Shown here: piece after piece, positions 12,589 to 25,865 of the stretch | Layout: the number at the start of each line of letters is the position of its first letter | How positions within the stretch are numbered: position 1 is the stretch's first letter | Assembly (NCBI RefSeq): GCF_035594765.1 | Contig: NC_085842.1 | Span: 45,856,782 to 45,920,781, forward strand | Length of the DNA stretch: 64,000 nucleotides | Source of the DNA: Anolis carolinensis | Lineage: Eukaryota | Reading direction: 5' to 3' | The notes under the pieces: model-generated | What the model saw: only the letters and a program-made list of their open reading frames with translations | Told to the model about the DNA's origin: nothing | The model's database searches: none | Translations under genes and position numbers: made by a program

Positions 12589-15500
12589 CAACAACTTTAT
12601 TTTTGTACCCCGCCACCATCTCCCAAATGGGACTATGGGCAGTTTACACATGGGGTCAATGCCCCTAGATACCAATACAATAACCCATCAAAACAAAACA
12701 TAGATAAAATGAAAACAATATAAGTAACAAAACAGTTAAAAATACAGTTTCAATAAAACATAAGAATATCAAACAGCTGCATGCAGTGAATTTACCATAG
12801 TTCAATGGGCGTGGTCAGGGTATACAAGGGCATGGCAAAGGCATGGGATAGTGAAAGCAGCACAGATAGGGCCGGGAATTGGATAAAGTGCGATAGTAGC
12901 ATAACTTCTGGAACATAGGGACTGGGCATATATAGCAAGTAATGACCCAAGGTTGGTCAAAGCCCTCACCCTTTTACCCCTCAGCTCTAACCAGGTAAGT
13001 TGAGTCAACAAAAACAATATTTATTGCAGAGCTTGAACTCTAAGCCAACAGCCTTTTACGAAGTGCATCTGAATTTTCTAGATATCTGATATGGTGACTA
13101 TCAGAGACCTATATTGAATTGCTGGTCCAAATTAGAATAGACTTGTCAATGGGATTTGTTGAATGGCATAGGGCGCTTCCGACAGTGTCAAAATGTGGGA
13201 CAAATAAGTAGGGCAAAAAAATCTCAGGACCAGACAGCAAGTCCAAATACTGACCTGTCAGTCCCGATAAATGGACCCCTGCCATCCTGACACTTTAGTT
13301 TGTAGTGGATTTTAGAAATCCACAAGATGGATGGGGGACATCCGGAGGCAGGTAACTTTTTTAAATTGACTCTCAAGATGCTCTGGACCTCATATGCACT
13401 CATGTCGATTTCTAAATGTTCACATAAGCAGATTTCTTATTTCTCCTCACCCTACTGTAAATTCAATCTTTGTTTAATTTCATAAAGATCAGAACATAGG
13501 AATGGTTGCAGAGAGTTCTAATTCGAATTGCTTTCCATTGTGCTTCCGTTTAGCTACCTATGTGTGCATAGTTCCATTTTTTTACAGGCAGGATGAGCTG
13601 TTTCAGGATTTTAAAATGTGCTGGAGCAGTTCACATCAAGGTATAGGAATGATGTCACGTGATTTCCTTGATTTCAGAGATATACAATCATGCAAATATG
13701 AGCATTTTTTTGGCCAAAATTGGATTTTAGGTAGACCTTTTTCACACGTGTTTTTCATCTGTTAATCCAATCAGCGCAGATTTTTGTGAAACGTCATGTA
13801 ACCACTCCTACTTTTATCCTGCTTTCTTCTGTGTTTTAGGAGATATGTAGAAGGGCCCTAAGTTGTCCTCCACTAGCAGAATCAATAGATCTATTCTAGC
13901 TAGGACCAGCAACTGGAGCTGGGCTAGAGTGTCCCAGAGTGATCCCTTGAATGCTCTGTTTCCATATCTATTCAAAATTATAATACACCACAACCTGCCA
14001 GTGACCTTTTTCTAAAGAAGAGCAAATGCAGATAGGAGCTTTACCACACAAGGAAGTGATGCAAGTGTACCAATATATATAATGGCTGGGATCCTGTTCA
14101 GTATTACGAAGCCCCAAAGCTAATCTTATGACTTCATAAATTTTTTCATTCATATTTATGGTTCTGACACCATAGGGGCAACCACAAATGACCACCCCCC
14201 AAATCTACCTATGGCAAGTCAAGTCGTGAGCACCAACCATAGGGGTAATGTGGTGCTAATGAGTACTGAAGAATGAAGGGTCCAGAAACTCCCATCAGCA
14301 AACTGTAACGTGACAAACAGAAGAGGGACAGATTTCTCTATGTTTTTGATTGGAATAATATTTAACATGCTATTTAGCATGTGGTAGTCCTTTAGCTGCA
14401 TAAAAGGAAGGGTACTTTTCACCTCTGGGTACAACAAGCAAAGATGAAAATGTAATGACACATACATCTTTGGGTTTAACAGTACAGACAGCCATTCTGG
14501 TCTGTTCTTGTTGTAAACCAGACTTGCTTGCCCATCTAAAGACAAGACAAAATATAAATTTCTTCAATTCCAAATAAATAAACTCTCACTTACCATTTCC
14601 AGTTCTGGGCTTATAAGGTGACCAAAATCAACCAGTCTGTTTAGATCATCTTCCCAAAGGTTTGGAGCAAGTTCTTCCAGCATAGTTTCTATGGCAATTC
14701 TGGTTGTCTTCAGTGCAGCATCCCCATGATCAACTAACCCATTGTGTGACTGGAATTTGGTATCCAGTAAGAATTTCCCATGGGTTTTCAATAAATCAAA
14801 TAGGCATTTATGTTTCATCAGTGCCATCTTAAATGGAGAATGGATATAAGACATTAGAATGGCTAATATAAAGGTCTCATCCTCAAAATAACGTGAGAGA
14901 AGATGTTAGTTTTATAACAGATATACATGATATACACTTATACATGAGCTTGACTGTTACGTCAGTCTTATGAATAAGTCATCATCATTATCAGCAGCAG
15001 CATTAAAATATCACATTTCTCTATAGAGAAGGATGCACTAGGAAAGAGTATGAAAATATGAAAGTCCCACTTCAGAAGTTAAAAAGAAAAACAGGAAGTG
15101 GAATATGCAGTCTTCCAGTTTCCTTTAGAAGATCAGAACCTCAAAGATGACTCCAGCAAGAGTGATAGAAGTGACATGCAGCAATAGAAATGAGTTTGCA
15201 ATGACATAAGTGAAGTAACCCAATAAAACTGAGATCCAACAGGGGAAGACATGCCATATATACTCGACTATAAGCCGACCTATATATAAGCCGAGACACC
15301 TAATTTTACCACAAAAAACTGGAAAACCTTATTGACTTGAGTATAAGACGTGGGTGGGAAATGCAGCAGCTACTGGTAAATTTCAAAAATAAAAATAAAA
15401 ATAAATACAATTACAATAATTGAGGCATCAGTAAGTTAAATGTTTTTGAATATTTGCATAAAACTGTAATTTAAGATAATAATAAGATGTTAATAAGACT

Positions 15501-18500
15501 GTCCAACTCTGATTATCTATATACTTGAGTATAAGCCAACCCAAATATAAGCCGGCCACGACCTTCACTCAAGTATAAGCCGAGGGGGGATTTTTCAGCT
15601 CTAAAAAGGGGCTGAAAACTTGGCTTATACTCAAGTATATACAGCACATAAAATACATTTTTATACCTTTAAAATTTCTCCAAGACCATTGGAGATATGC
15701 TGGCGTGGGATTGTTTGGATGAAGACTCGGTCCAGAAAAGTGGCAACAGGTGGGACATAGCTTCCAAGCTTGTTTTTGCATTGAAGGAAATTGACTCCAT
15801 TCTTTGCTCCAACGCTGGCATCCACATATGACAGAAGAGTGGTTGGGACCCGGATGTAAGGGGTGCGCCTCCGATAAAGTGATGCTGCCAGACCCACAAT
15901 ATCTAGGCACGTTCCTCCTCCGATTGCAATAATTGGCTCTGTCCGCCTGTCGAGGCCAAAGCTTTGCACTTCTTGCAGGATATCAAGTACCATGTCTATA
16001 GATTTGTTTTCTTCAATTGTGGGCAATGGAAGAATTTTATATTGAACATAGTTGTCATCAAAATACTTCCTAACTATTGAGCCATAAAGCTCATTGACAG
16101 TCTTATCTATTACAATGAAACGCCTCTGTGCTTCTTTATTGTTGAGGGCCTTCTCCAATTCCTCTGACTCTCTGATGTGTCCATATAGCAGTGTCTGATT
16201 GGAGGGATCCAGGAGACTGCATGTTTCCACCACCTTATAGCAGAAGTAGATAGGGGTCTCAATTGTCCAGGATATCTCACCACCTGAGATAATTTCAGTT
16301 CTGTTAGGGATTAGAAACAGAGAAAGTGCTGTGCGTAAGATATTGTTTATGGTTTTCTCCAGAGGAAATGTTACTCATGGTTGTTATATTGTGATTGTTC
16401 TTGTCACCAGCAGTAACATTTTATTAACTTTGAGTTCCATGATAAATGAGAATAAAATGCTCCCATGGGACTCAGTTGTTGCAGTTCACACTGGATTCCT
16501 TGAGCAGTAACTCCTAATTATTTCTGGGGGGTGGGTGGGGAAAGGATGGTTGGCAAATAACAACAGAGATGTTCAGCTGCAGGTTACTCAAAAGATTTTA
16601 AACTGTTACATTTCACTGTATAATTGTTGCTGCCACATAATAGTCACACCCCTCTTTTGGGGTCCTGAAATTGGTTTCTTGCCTTTTTTTCACTTAATCA
16701 TCACATTAGAGCTGATTGGGTCTGGGGCTCTCCCTTCTCCCTCCTGCTTCCCCAGACACAGTTCCTCCTTGGAGGTAAGACAGTTTTGAAAAAGAAATAC
16801 AAACAAAACCAGTTGGATCTTCTCCCTCCTGCCTTCATGGAAGTAAGAGAGGGAAAGCCCCAGACCCACCAGTTGAATTTGTATTTCTTTTTTAAAAGAA
16901 TTTTTAAAAATTCCAAAGAGGTGGCTTGGTGAGGGGCTCTCATTTCTCTCTCCTGCCTCCTTGGAAATAAGAGAGGGAAAGCCCCAGACACAGCCAGTTC
17001 TACACATTATTTCTTCGCATAATAGTCATACCCCCCCCCCCATTTTTCTGAAGAAAAAAGGGATAAAAAGTGTGACTATTACACTGTGAATTATGCTACT
17101 CTTCTTTTTTCTTTTTTTTTAAAGTTATTCCCATATTGGATCTCACACTATCCAGAGCCAACAATTAATAATGTCACTGAAGATGTCTGAATGATTGCCA
17201 GTTTATCTACGTCATATGTCTCCCTTAATTTTCCCCTCCCCTTTCTAATTTGCAAAAAGCTGGAGAGGTTGTGAGTGGATATGGAAGTAACACTGAATCT
17301 TAATGTCATTTGACAAGTAAGTGGAGCTATGGTGGGATTTTGTAAAACGATAGTCTTCAGACTCTTGCCTGCTGCTACCCCCATTCTCTGAACAATATGT
17401 GGGAGATTCAGGAAAGGATTTGGAAGGCTATAGTCTGGTTTCCATCCTTCCTGATGTTGTATGGTGTGTGCCAGAATGGAATCTCTGCCAGAGGCTACAC
17501 ACAAACACCCTGATGATATCTGGGTATGCAGATAAAATGGATTGCATTCATACTTGCTTGCAAAAACAAATAATTTAATAAGGACATCTTTAACCAATAG
17601 TACTCCTGGAAAAATGCTAGATTATGCTACCATGTCAATTGGAGAGAGTTTCTGGGGAGAAAATATGATTGCCTTTTCAACCATCCCAATTCTGCTAGAA
17701 ATGACAACATGGGCCTCATCACAAAGGCCAGTTGAGGTGCCCATTGGAGCCAACACAAAATGGGAAGCTTCCCGTGGTGTGGGGAAAGCCTCTGGGGATG
17801 CTTTCACTCTGGCTGGGGCAAGGCCTCCCCTGGAAGACACACGATGTCATGCTGGCATGGGGTTCCTTCCAGAAGATCGGTTGAAAGCATCATAGAATGC
17901 CAAAATCCTCATCAGATAAGATTGTATGTCACAAATATATTTAAAATGTATCCTAAAACTCTATTCCCACTGAAGTCTGTATCAAAACCTATGCTAATGA
18001 TTTTTGTGTGTCAGAAATATTGGGGGCTATGTAAAAGGAAGTGCTCTGGCTAATCTTCAATGGCTGCAAACAAGTTCTAGATTAAGAAAGGGGAGCTCGC
18101 CCAATCCATAAAGGTTAATTATCTGGAGAGATGACTTTCCTGCAGAAAAAGCAATGTTTGCCCTTAGGGAAAACTTGCCTGGCATCCATCCATCTGTGAC
18201 TTTTCTCTTTAATGCTGCTGCAGGAATGATGCAGACTTCTCCTGACATTTATGGCAAAAGCATTATCATTTTGGACCCTGCTGATGGTTTTGAGTATTTA
18301 TTTTCTCTATTTCTGTAGTTCATTACCCATGCCTTTGGATCTGGATGTATCTTTTAACGAAAAAATGCCTCTGTTCTATTCTTCCCTGACCCTTCCTTCT
18401 TTTCACCTTCAACCTACATCAATTCCCCCTTTAGCTGAAAGCTAAAGTCTATTCATTAGACTTGAATATGAGTGCATGCTGGAGTTTTAAGAAGCTACCT

Positions 18501-21500
18501 CAGACCCTTGGCAGGCTGGGTATGGATAACTGATATTCAGCAAGAGAGAGTAGGCCTGAGGGGCAGACGTTATCTGCAACACATTCATACATCCATGTAA
18601 GCTGCAGCTGAGGTCTCTTCTACACTGTCCTTATGTCCCAGGATCTGATCCCAGTTTATCTGCTTTGAACTGGATTATGTAAATTCCCACTGCCAAGTAA
18701 CTATCTGGGATAAGCAGATAATCTGGAATCATATCCTAGGATATAGGGCAGTGTAGGCCCCTTCTACATTGCCATATAATTCAAATTATCAAAACAGATA
18801 ATCTACATTATCTGCTTTGAGCTAGGTTATATGAGTCTACACTGCCATATAATCCAGTTCAAAGCAGATAATCTGGATTTATATGGTGGTGTAGAAAGGG
18901 CCTAGAAGGGGCTGAGATGAAGTCTCAATGGTGAAAAAGGCAAATACCCAGCATTCAAGAGTTTTTGTGTTCAAAAGGAACTTTTTTGAAACTCTGAGTC
19001 ACAGTAGGAAGTTTACTTGCAAGTAAATCCAACTGAGGACCCTTCCAAACAGGCCAAAAAAATGTGGGCACCCTGAACTGAATAAATGTATCTTAATTGA
19101 ACAAAGAAGGGCACAGTACATCCCTCCAGATTGTTCTAGACTACAATCCCCAGCATTTTGTTTCATGCTGATGTGATGAAAATCTAATAACACCAGGAGG
19201 GCCGCATTTTGCTCACTTCTGCAACAAAACAAATCTTATGGAGGTTTCACACAGGCACAAAATGTAGTCTCAAGCCAGCATGAAACATTTTGGTTTGGGA
19301 TTGCATTATGGCCAGGCAGGGGTGCTGTCAACCACCTCCACAATGGGACACTGACCCCACTCCAAATACAGGCTCCTATATTCTGTTGGAAATCAATAAA
19401 ATTAAGGTGCCCCACAAAAAGGCAGACTATGGCTGCAATCAGTGCATACTTATTTCATATTTGTGTGTCACCTCTACAGGTACTTAGTTACTACTTACTT
19501 TCTTACTAGGCTCATTTAGAAACAAAGAATATAATACTTACATGGGTCATTGTTGAAAACAATTACTTTTGATTATTTGTATTTAAAGCTTAATAATGAC
19601 ATGTGACACATAGACTAAAACCATGACACTTTAAAAAAAGAGGTCTTGTTGCATAAATATTCTGTCAGATCTCCACATTTGCTAGAGTTAGGGGCCGAGA
19701 ACCCACATGTAAATGGGAATAATAATAATTATTCTCTGAGCAGGTGTCCCCAAGCTTCACTGACTGGGAACGGTCCTCCAGGAAGGATAGGAGCCACAGC
19801 AAAGCCATGCCCCGAAGAACCATAACAGAAAGCCACCCCAGAAGGATAACATGGTCAATGGTATCGAAAGGCACTGAGATGTCCAAGAGAACCAGCAGAA
19901 TTACACTCCCCCTGTCTAGCTCTCTGCAGACGTCATCAACTAAGGCGACCAAAGCCATCTCAGTTCTGTATCCAGGCCTGAACCCAGACTGTGACTGGTG
20001 TAGAGAATCAGTTTCATCCAGGAATCCCTGGAGCTGGGAAGCGACCACTCACTCTAGAACCTTGCCGAGAAAGGGGAGGTTGGCAATCGGTCTGTAGTTG
20101 TTTAGTATCGAGGAATCAAGGGATGCCTTATTCAATATTGGCTTCACTATCGCCTGTCTAAAGCTGGATGGAAATGTCTCTTGTTCCAATGATGAATTTA
20201 TTAGCTTCGCAAACCACTCTCTAAGTCCTCCACTGGCTAGTTTGACTAACCAAGAAGAGCAAGGATCCAAAGTCACTCTCACCACTTCAAGGATCTTGTC
20301 CACATCATCAGGCTGCACAAACCAAATGAATCCAATAAAATTGGACAGACAGGTGCCTCAGTTACCTCATCTGGCGTTGCACTAAAGCTGGCATCCAACT
20401 TGAACCAAAGTCACCAACTGGGTGACTTTGTCTGCAAAATGGTGCAAAAAATTGTTGCACCAAGCTGCCGAGCTGTTGGGGTCCTCCCCCCCAAGAAGGT
20501 GAAGGAGTTCACCAACAACCCGAAACAGCTCTGATGATCTGTTTGTTGCAGACGCTATGCAGGCAGTCAAGAAAGCCTTCCTAGCTGCCCGCAGAGCGGC
20601 AGAGTAGGCGTTAATATCGGCTGTAGCCCATGCCCGGTCAGGGATGCTACAAGTTTTCCTCCAGCAGCAGCATTCTAGTCTCCTCGACCATTTCATCACT
20701 GCCAGCTCCTCAGAGAACCAGGGAGCTGGAGTGACTCTACATTGTGTCTATCACCCTGGTCATCTCATTAATGTAGTGATCAACCAAGGCACCAACAGGA
20801 TCGTCAGCCTCCATGACAGGAAGATCCTCAAGAGACCTCAGGAATCCATCCAGATCCATCAGTCTCCCGGGGCAGACTATCTTAATTGGTCCACCACCCC
20901 TGCAGAGGTTTGAGGCCAAGGTGAGTCTTAAGCTGATCAGATGGTGGTCAGACTATGACAATGGAAGAATATTTTGCTCTTCCACTCCAATCACTCCACT
21001 GTCTGCAACAAAAACTAGGTTGAGTGTATGTCCAGCCTGATGGGTGGGACCAGTTATTATTTGGGACAGCCCCATGGTCCTCATGGCCACCATAAAGTTT
21101 TGAGCTGTGCCTGTTAAGGTGGCCTCTTCACAAATGTTAAAGTCTCCCAGAACTACCAGTTGCTGGGAGGCCAACACCAGGGTAGAGACCACCTCTGCTA
21201 GCTCAGGCGGGGAAACTGCTGTGTCTCGGGGTGGACAGTACACTAGCAGAATCCCCAAACTGTCCCGGGTTCCTACTTTCAGGTGGACACATTCAAAATT
21301 CAAAGATTGCAGAACGGTGCATCTGATCAGGGAGAAAGTCTGCTGAAAGACTACGCAATCCCTCCTCCCCGCCCCCCTGGGTCTGGCCTGCTGATGAACC
21401 CCTAAACCCGGAAGACACAGCTGGGTGAGATTTACTCCACCCAGCTCGTCCAACCAGGTTTCAGTGATGCAAGCCAGATCCGCTTTTTCATCCCAGATCA

Positions 21501-24500
21501 AGTCCTGGATGACAGACATTTTGTCATTAACTGATCTGGCATTTAATAGCAGAACCTTCAGCCCAGGGGGTTTGTCATGAAGGCTACTATGACCAACTTC
21601 CACCAGGGTCGCCAGGACTTTGTTGCACTTCTCCCTGGGATGATGGTGGCTGCCATTCCCCTCCCCCACACAACCTCCCCCCAGCTCTAACCCTTCCCAC
21701 CCAGGGAGACAGGCAGGTCAGGACTAATATTTGGGGTTACTAGTCAGCTCTCCAGTAGAGGGGAGCCTCATAGGATCTTATCCTGAGTGGCGAATGAGGA
21801 TGTTTCTTGTGACAGTGAAATGAGGGAGTCATCTGGAGTACGAGGGGGACTAAACAGGGGCAGTGTCTGTGGATGGGATTGGAGGGTGGAGTGGGCAGGG
21901 AATAGTGTAGCTAAGGGGGTCTTTAAGTGGGCTCCTGAGCATGGAGAGGCCCTATATGGAGAGTCACAAGCACTGAAGTTACTGGATCATATTAAGTCCA
22001 AACCAGCAATAAGGGGGCGAATCAGTGGGTCTGTGAAAACCCTCCTGCTATTAATGCCTCAAAACTTTAGCCAGGATCTATATCCAAATAACTCTTTCGT
22101 TAGCTATTTGTCTTCCAGTGTGGTGAGGAGATATATAGAGTAGTCTCAAGATTGATAATCTCTGCAAAGCCAATTGATGGACTCAGATTTGACCTCTATT
22201 GGACTCCTAGATAGTATTTGTGCCAGATAATTCTGGACCACTCTCCTTGAGGTCCATCTATCCCTATTCAATAATGAGTCTGAAACTTCAAATGTTAGCT
22301 TGTTTGGTTGTAGAGGATGTTGATCTTGATGTATTATACTCTGAAACTGAATATCAGACTCAGGTGTTGTGTTAATAGTTGTCCTATGTAAACTAAAATT
22401 CTTTTCCCAAGGACCAGCCCTCCCTTGTCCCCTTTGATCCCGAAAGAATCTTCCCTCTCTCTCACAGTCCTCAGTTTCTATTGTTTCATTCACCTTATGT
22501 TCCTCATGGTCTCCCCTCCTTCCCCATCCATTTCCAGTGTCCAAATGTCCTCAGTTAGGTTGATAAACACAGTGTCCTATTTCTTGAAGATGTTGTATTG
22601 TATAGGGTTTTTCACTATCAGGAAGAGTCCATGGAAAGGATGGTCAATTTTCTCATTCAGTGTCTCAAGTTGTTGAAGAACGAGATTAAATGGCTTCCCC
22701 ATAAGTTCACACAAATGAGACAGTTAATTTCTTCTATGAGTTTCCAGCTGATTATTATCCTAACAACTTCCCAGAACCTTCGTATAATACTACTCACATC
22801 CTCACACCCACACTTTCTTCCTAATTACCTTTTTCTCCCCTTATCTTCCTAAACACTCTCATCCAATTCTTATCCACAAACCTTCAACCTACTTTCTAAA
22901 CATCAATCTTACTTATTCTGACCATCTATCACATTCCAAAACCTAATCAAGAAATGCAATCTCATTCCCGTCCCAAAAATCCTATGCCCTTTCTACCTCT
23001 GAATAATCAGAGTAAATTTTTAAATAGGCTTTTTCGTCCTCACCTCCAGATTTTCTGTGAACAGCAATAATAATCCAAAATTATCTAACCCTTTGCTCTC
23101 CTTCTAAACAAACACTAAACCAAAAATAATGCTAACTCAGTCGAGTAATGGTGGAATATAATTAAAATAATTAAATGGATAAAATAGGCAAGATGGTGGC
23201 AAACAGAAGAACAGAGGGCGAAACGGGGGAAACAGTGAATATGAAACCATTATTTTTTCTATTCTGAGAGGACAGTTCTTTAGGATTCTCTAAGTTCTTC
23301 AGCATAACTCTATGGTCAACATCCAGTGAAAGCTGACCATAGAGTTGCACTAGGACCTCATCACATGGACTTTGAGAAGCATTGGAAACAGTTTGTCTAG
23401 CAAAGGGAATCATACAGTTAGATCTCCAGTCATCTGTTTCAAGTTCTGTCTTCCCATCACACATGTTTCCGACTGTTTTTCCCACATTCAGAAATATCAC
23501 ACGGAGAATCCTTTTCCCTGCCCTCCCCGTATTACTTTTTTAAAAAAAACAGGGAAAGCTTCAATTTCCAAAAGCCAAGATTACTATGGACCTCATCCCA
23601 ATGGGGCTGGGGCAGGTGAGGGAAGTGAGAGAATTTTGAAACCCTTTACCATGATAAGTCTTCCCCATTCTTTCCTTCCCTCCATTATACCTGTGTAATT
23701 ATAAAACCCTTTGCCCTGATCACCTCTTGCAAGGCTTTGCTTCCCCTCATTATACTAGTGTAATTTTGAACCTTTTTGCCTTGATAAGTCTTTCCCATGC
23801 CTTCCTTCCTCTTCATTATATCAGTGTTAATATAAATCGATTGCCCCATCCCCTCTTGCAAGCCTTTGCTTCCCTTTATTACAGCAGTGTAATTATAGAC
23901 CACTTTGCCGTGATCCCCTCCTGCTAGGCTTTCCTTCCTTCCATTAGACCAGTGTTATGTTTAAAAGCTAGCAAGAGCACAATTTCGAGCCTAGATTACT
24001 ATTGAGGAGAAAATGCAGTGAAAGCAAAAGCGATGAGGGGCACCCATTCCTCCATGTCACTGAAATACTTCAACATGGGTGAATCTGTCAGATCCCATTA
24101 CTTGTTCTGATGTGCACCAGAGGCTCAGAACACAATTTCTCACCCTTGTTCTGAACTCTTTTCTTTCAGCATGCTTCAGGTCTATTGCAAGGATGAAAGG
24201 CAATGGATGACAGCCAGAAGTAGACAAATGTCATCTGATGGGCTCCATGTCACTTCATCCTTGAAATGGACCTAAAGTGTCCTACAATGGAGAAAATGCT
24301 TCATGTAATGAGGTCCCTAGAGAAGAGATGCCTAGAAAGGCTGTATTAATCAAATCCATGAATAATCAAATCTGCAAAAGGTAAAACTGCTAATGTAGAG
24401 GGCTAACTGTAAGTAGATCCAGACTTAGTCATACTTACTAATGACACATTGAAATCCATAACTAATAGAAACACCTGTGATCAGGATGGACCTGATCTAA

Positions 24501-25788
24501 GCACCTACATTTGCATATACTTGGTGGCTATTGCTAGCTTCCATGTTAGAGGGACAGTGAATACTCTGGGGTTCAGCTTGAACTTTAAAGGAGCCACCTC
24601 CTTTATGGTCCTAAATGGTAGCTTCGAGATGGAAGTTTGGACTAAAACCCAGGGTAAATTCACTGCCCCAGTGCTGCAGCAGCTGTCACTATACAAACTG
24701 ATGATAATATTCCAGATTGCCGTATGAAAATGTTAGAAGGTCAACTGGGAGATTTCCAGTTAGGTGCTATACAGAACTTTACCTCTATATGGTATCTAGA
24801 AATCCAAGATCACTGGCTTCAAAACAATGATTAGGAATAAGTTTAGGAGTTATTTGTCATCTAATGTTGATACATTCCTGAGAGCAATTATATACCATGT
24901 TCCAGAATTAACTCAAATGAATTAATCTGTCCATGGGGTTGTTGTATGTTTTCCAGGCTGTATGGCCATGTTCTAGAAGTATTCTCTCCTGATGTTTTGC
25001 CCACATGTATGGCAGGCATCCTCAGAGGTTGCGAGGTATCTCACAACCTCTGAGGATGCCTGCCATAGATGTGGCCAAAACGTCAGGAGAGACTACTTCT
25101 GGAACATGGCCATAAAGCCCGGAAAACATACAACAACCCTGTGATCCCGGCCATGAAAGCCTTCGACAACACATTCATCTGTCCATGTCTCTTCTAACTA
25201 ATGCTGACTTTTGCCAGGGGTTCTCAAACTTTTCAGCCATAGAGCCCCTTTTGAAGCAATTTTTTTAGTGCAGCCCCAAGAAATGTTTCTATATTATATT
25301 ATATATAATATATTGTGTGTGTGTGTGTGTGTGTGTGTTAATCTTTATATATTATTGTAATTGTGAAATGTTTATATAGTGTATTATATTATATGTATTA
25401 AGGAAAAATATTTTTTAAGATTCATGGCGGCATTGGACAGAGGAGCGCAGACAGGAGTCACCACCACTGGGATCATGTAGAATCATTTAAGATTCTAAAT
25501 ATCATACCAATCCAAGATTCTTCATACTTAATCCTGATAAAAAAATAAATAGTATTTCTGCTGCTGCAACCCTTTATGTCAGAAACATTAGGCTACCTCC
25601 TGTTCTACTTACATTTTAGCTTGTGAGGAAACGATCTTATCTTCAGACTCATGAACAGATTCACCTTTCTTGATCCGACACCAAGTATTTTTGATCCGCA
25701 CCAGTTGGAAATCTGTCTGCTTGGAAATCTTGGGCATGGTTGCAATAGAAGAGGAATCAGCTAAAAGGATCTCTTTGGATGCTGGCAT
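9824..25788 (-). CDS. eevs: 2-epi-5-epi-valiolone synthase (sedoheptulose-7-phosphate cyclase, DHQS-like superfamily; gadusol pathway); complement(join(9824..9912,12149..12401,14594..14827,15667..16300,25613..25788)), 1386 nt = 461 aa plus stop
   Basis: Five GT-AG exons with compatible phases (2,0,0,1) and no stops; motifs IAIGGG.CLDIVG, RRRTPYIRVPTTLL..VDA.VG.KN, KNKLG, GL.EILK, MLEELAPNLWE, DFGH and HGEAV. Confidence 0.96.
10008..10390 (-). mobile_element. Decayed RTE/BovB-like LINE 3' fragment
   Basis: FGYIMRRHDSLEK...G.RKRGRP..RW motif typical of RTE ORF C-termini; boundaries approximate. Confidence 0.7.
10903..10980. repeat. (GAT)n microsatellite
   Basis: Direct reading; produces the spurious poly-Met ORF. 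Confidence 0.95.
12149..12401 (-). CDS. eevs: EEVS exon 4 (RALPSLMHGEAVNVDM...MPLPTGLGTA)
   Basis: Acceptor aatttcAG; donor G|GTACGT; HGEAV metal-ligand motif. Confidence 0.95.
12536..12595. repeat. (TAA)n/(CAA)n microsatellite, probably the tail of a minus-strand L2-type fragment
   Basis: Direct reading; followed by tttatt...cccgcc...atctcc 3'-end motif. Confidence 0.8.
14594..14827 (-). CDS. eevs: EEVS exon 3 (MALMKH...MLEELAPNLWEDDLNRLVDFGHLISPELEM)
   Basis: Acceptor ccatttaAG; donor ATG|GTAAGT; 78 codons. Confidence 0.96.
15252..15645. mobile_element. Tc1/mariner-pogo-type MITE (termini TACCGTATATACTCGAGTATAAGCC-like)
   Basis: Inverted termini; a fresher copy starts at 63952. Confidence 0.8.
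15667..16300 (-). CDS. eevs: EEVS exon 2 (NAD-binding domain)
   Basis: Acceptor ccctaacAG; donor AAG|GTATAA; contains ORF 15661..16233. Confidence 0.95.
18612..18905. mobile_element. Nested palindromic MITEs (ctacactgcc...attatctgctttgaactggattat family)
   Basis: Internal inverted repeats; same family at 49545-50180 and 53550-53780; boundaries approximate. Confidence 0.7.
19735..21700 (-). mobile_element. Degenerate L2-clade LINE ORF2 (AP endonuclease plus RT), frameshifted, in EEVS intron 1
   Basis: LLNARSV, CITETWL, VVLGDFN, GPTH..GHTL.L, NYRPIANLPFLGKVLE, QSGFRPGY.TE.AL and LLDIS..FDTIDH across ORF fragments. Confidence 0.92.
23640..23960. repeat. Degenerate tandem repeat (about 65-70 bp unit)
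   Basis: Recurrent cttccctccattata..agtgtaattata and ccc.tt.cc.tgat motifs. Confidence 0.65.
24936..25172. mobile_element. Penelope-like element remnant (inverted terminal duplication) with decayed hammerhead motifs
   Basis: About 100-bp arms forming a hairpin; 3' end gccttcgacaacaca; flanking 15-bp duplication att(a/c)atctgtccatg at 24921-24935 and 25173-25187. Confidence 0.8.
25613..25788 (-). CDS. eevs: EEVS exon 1 (MPASKEILLADSSSIATMPKISKQTDFQLVRIKNTWCRIKKG...QAK)
   Basis: ATG at 25788 with an in-frame stop upstream; second in-frame ATG with strong Kozak context (accATG) at 25737; donor AT|GTAAGT in phase 2 matches exon 2; FQLV.IK.TW motif resembles the vertebrate EEVS N-terminus as recalled. 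Confidence 0.85.
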
Positions 25789-25840
25789 TCTTCTACCTTT
25801 TGTTCCACAAAGAGTCTGCTAGAAGTGACTTTCTGGGTGC

Positions 25841-25850
25841 TTTTAAATGC
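25841..25850 (-). promoter_or_regulatory. TATA-like element (GCATTTAAAA) of the EEVS promoter
   Basis: About 55 nt upstream of the first ATG. Confidence 0.45.
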
Positions 25851-25865
25851 TTACTTTGACCAGAG

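Noticed and set aside
15661-16233. 3-dehydroquinate synthase (aroB) or bacterial contamination
   Set aside because: The gene has GT-AG introns filled with lizard repeats and carries the EEVS-type MLEELAPNLWE motif
22146-22900. Possible old LINE remnant next to the L2
   Set aside because: Too decayed to assign by eye
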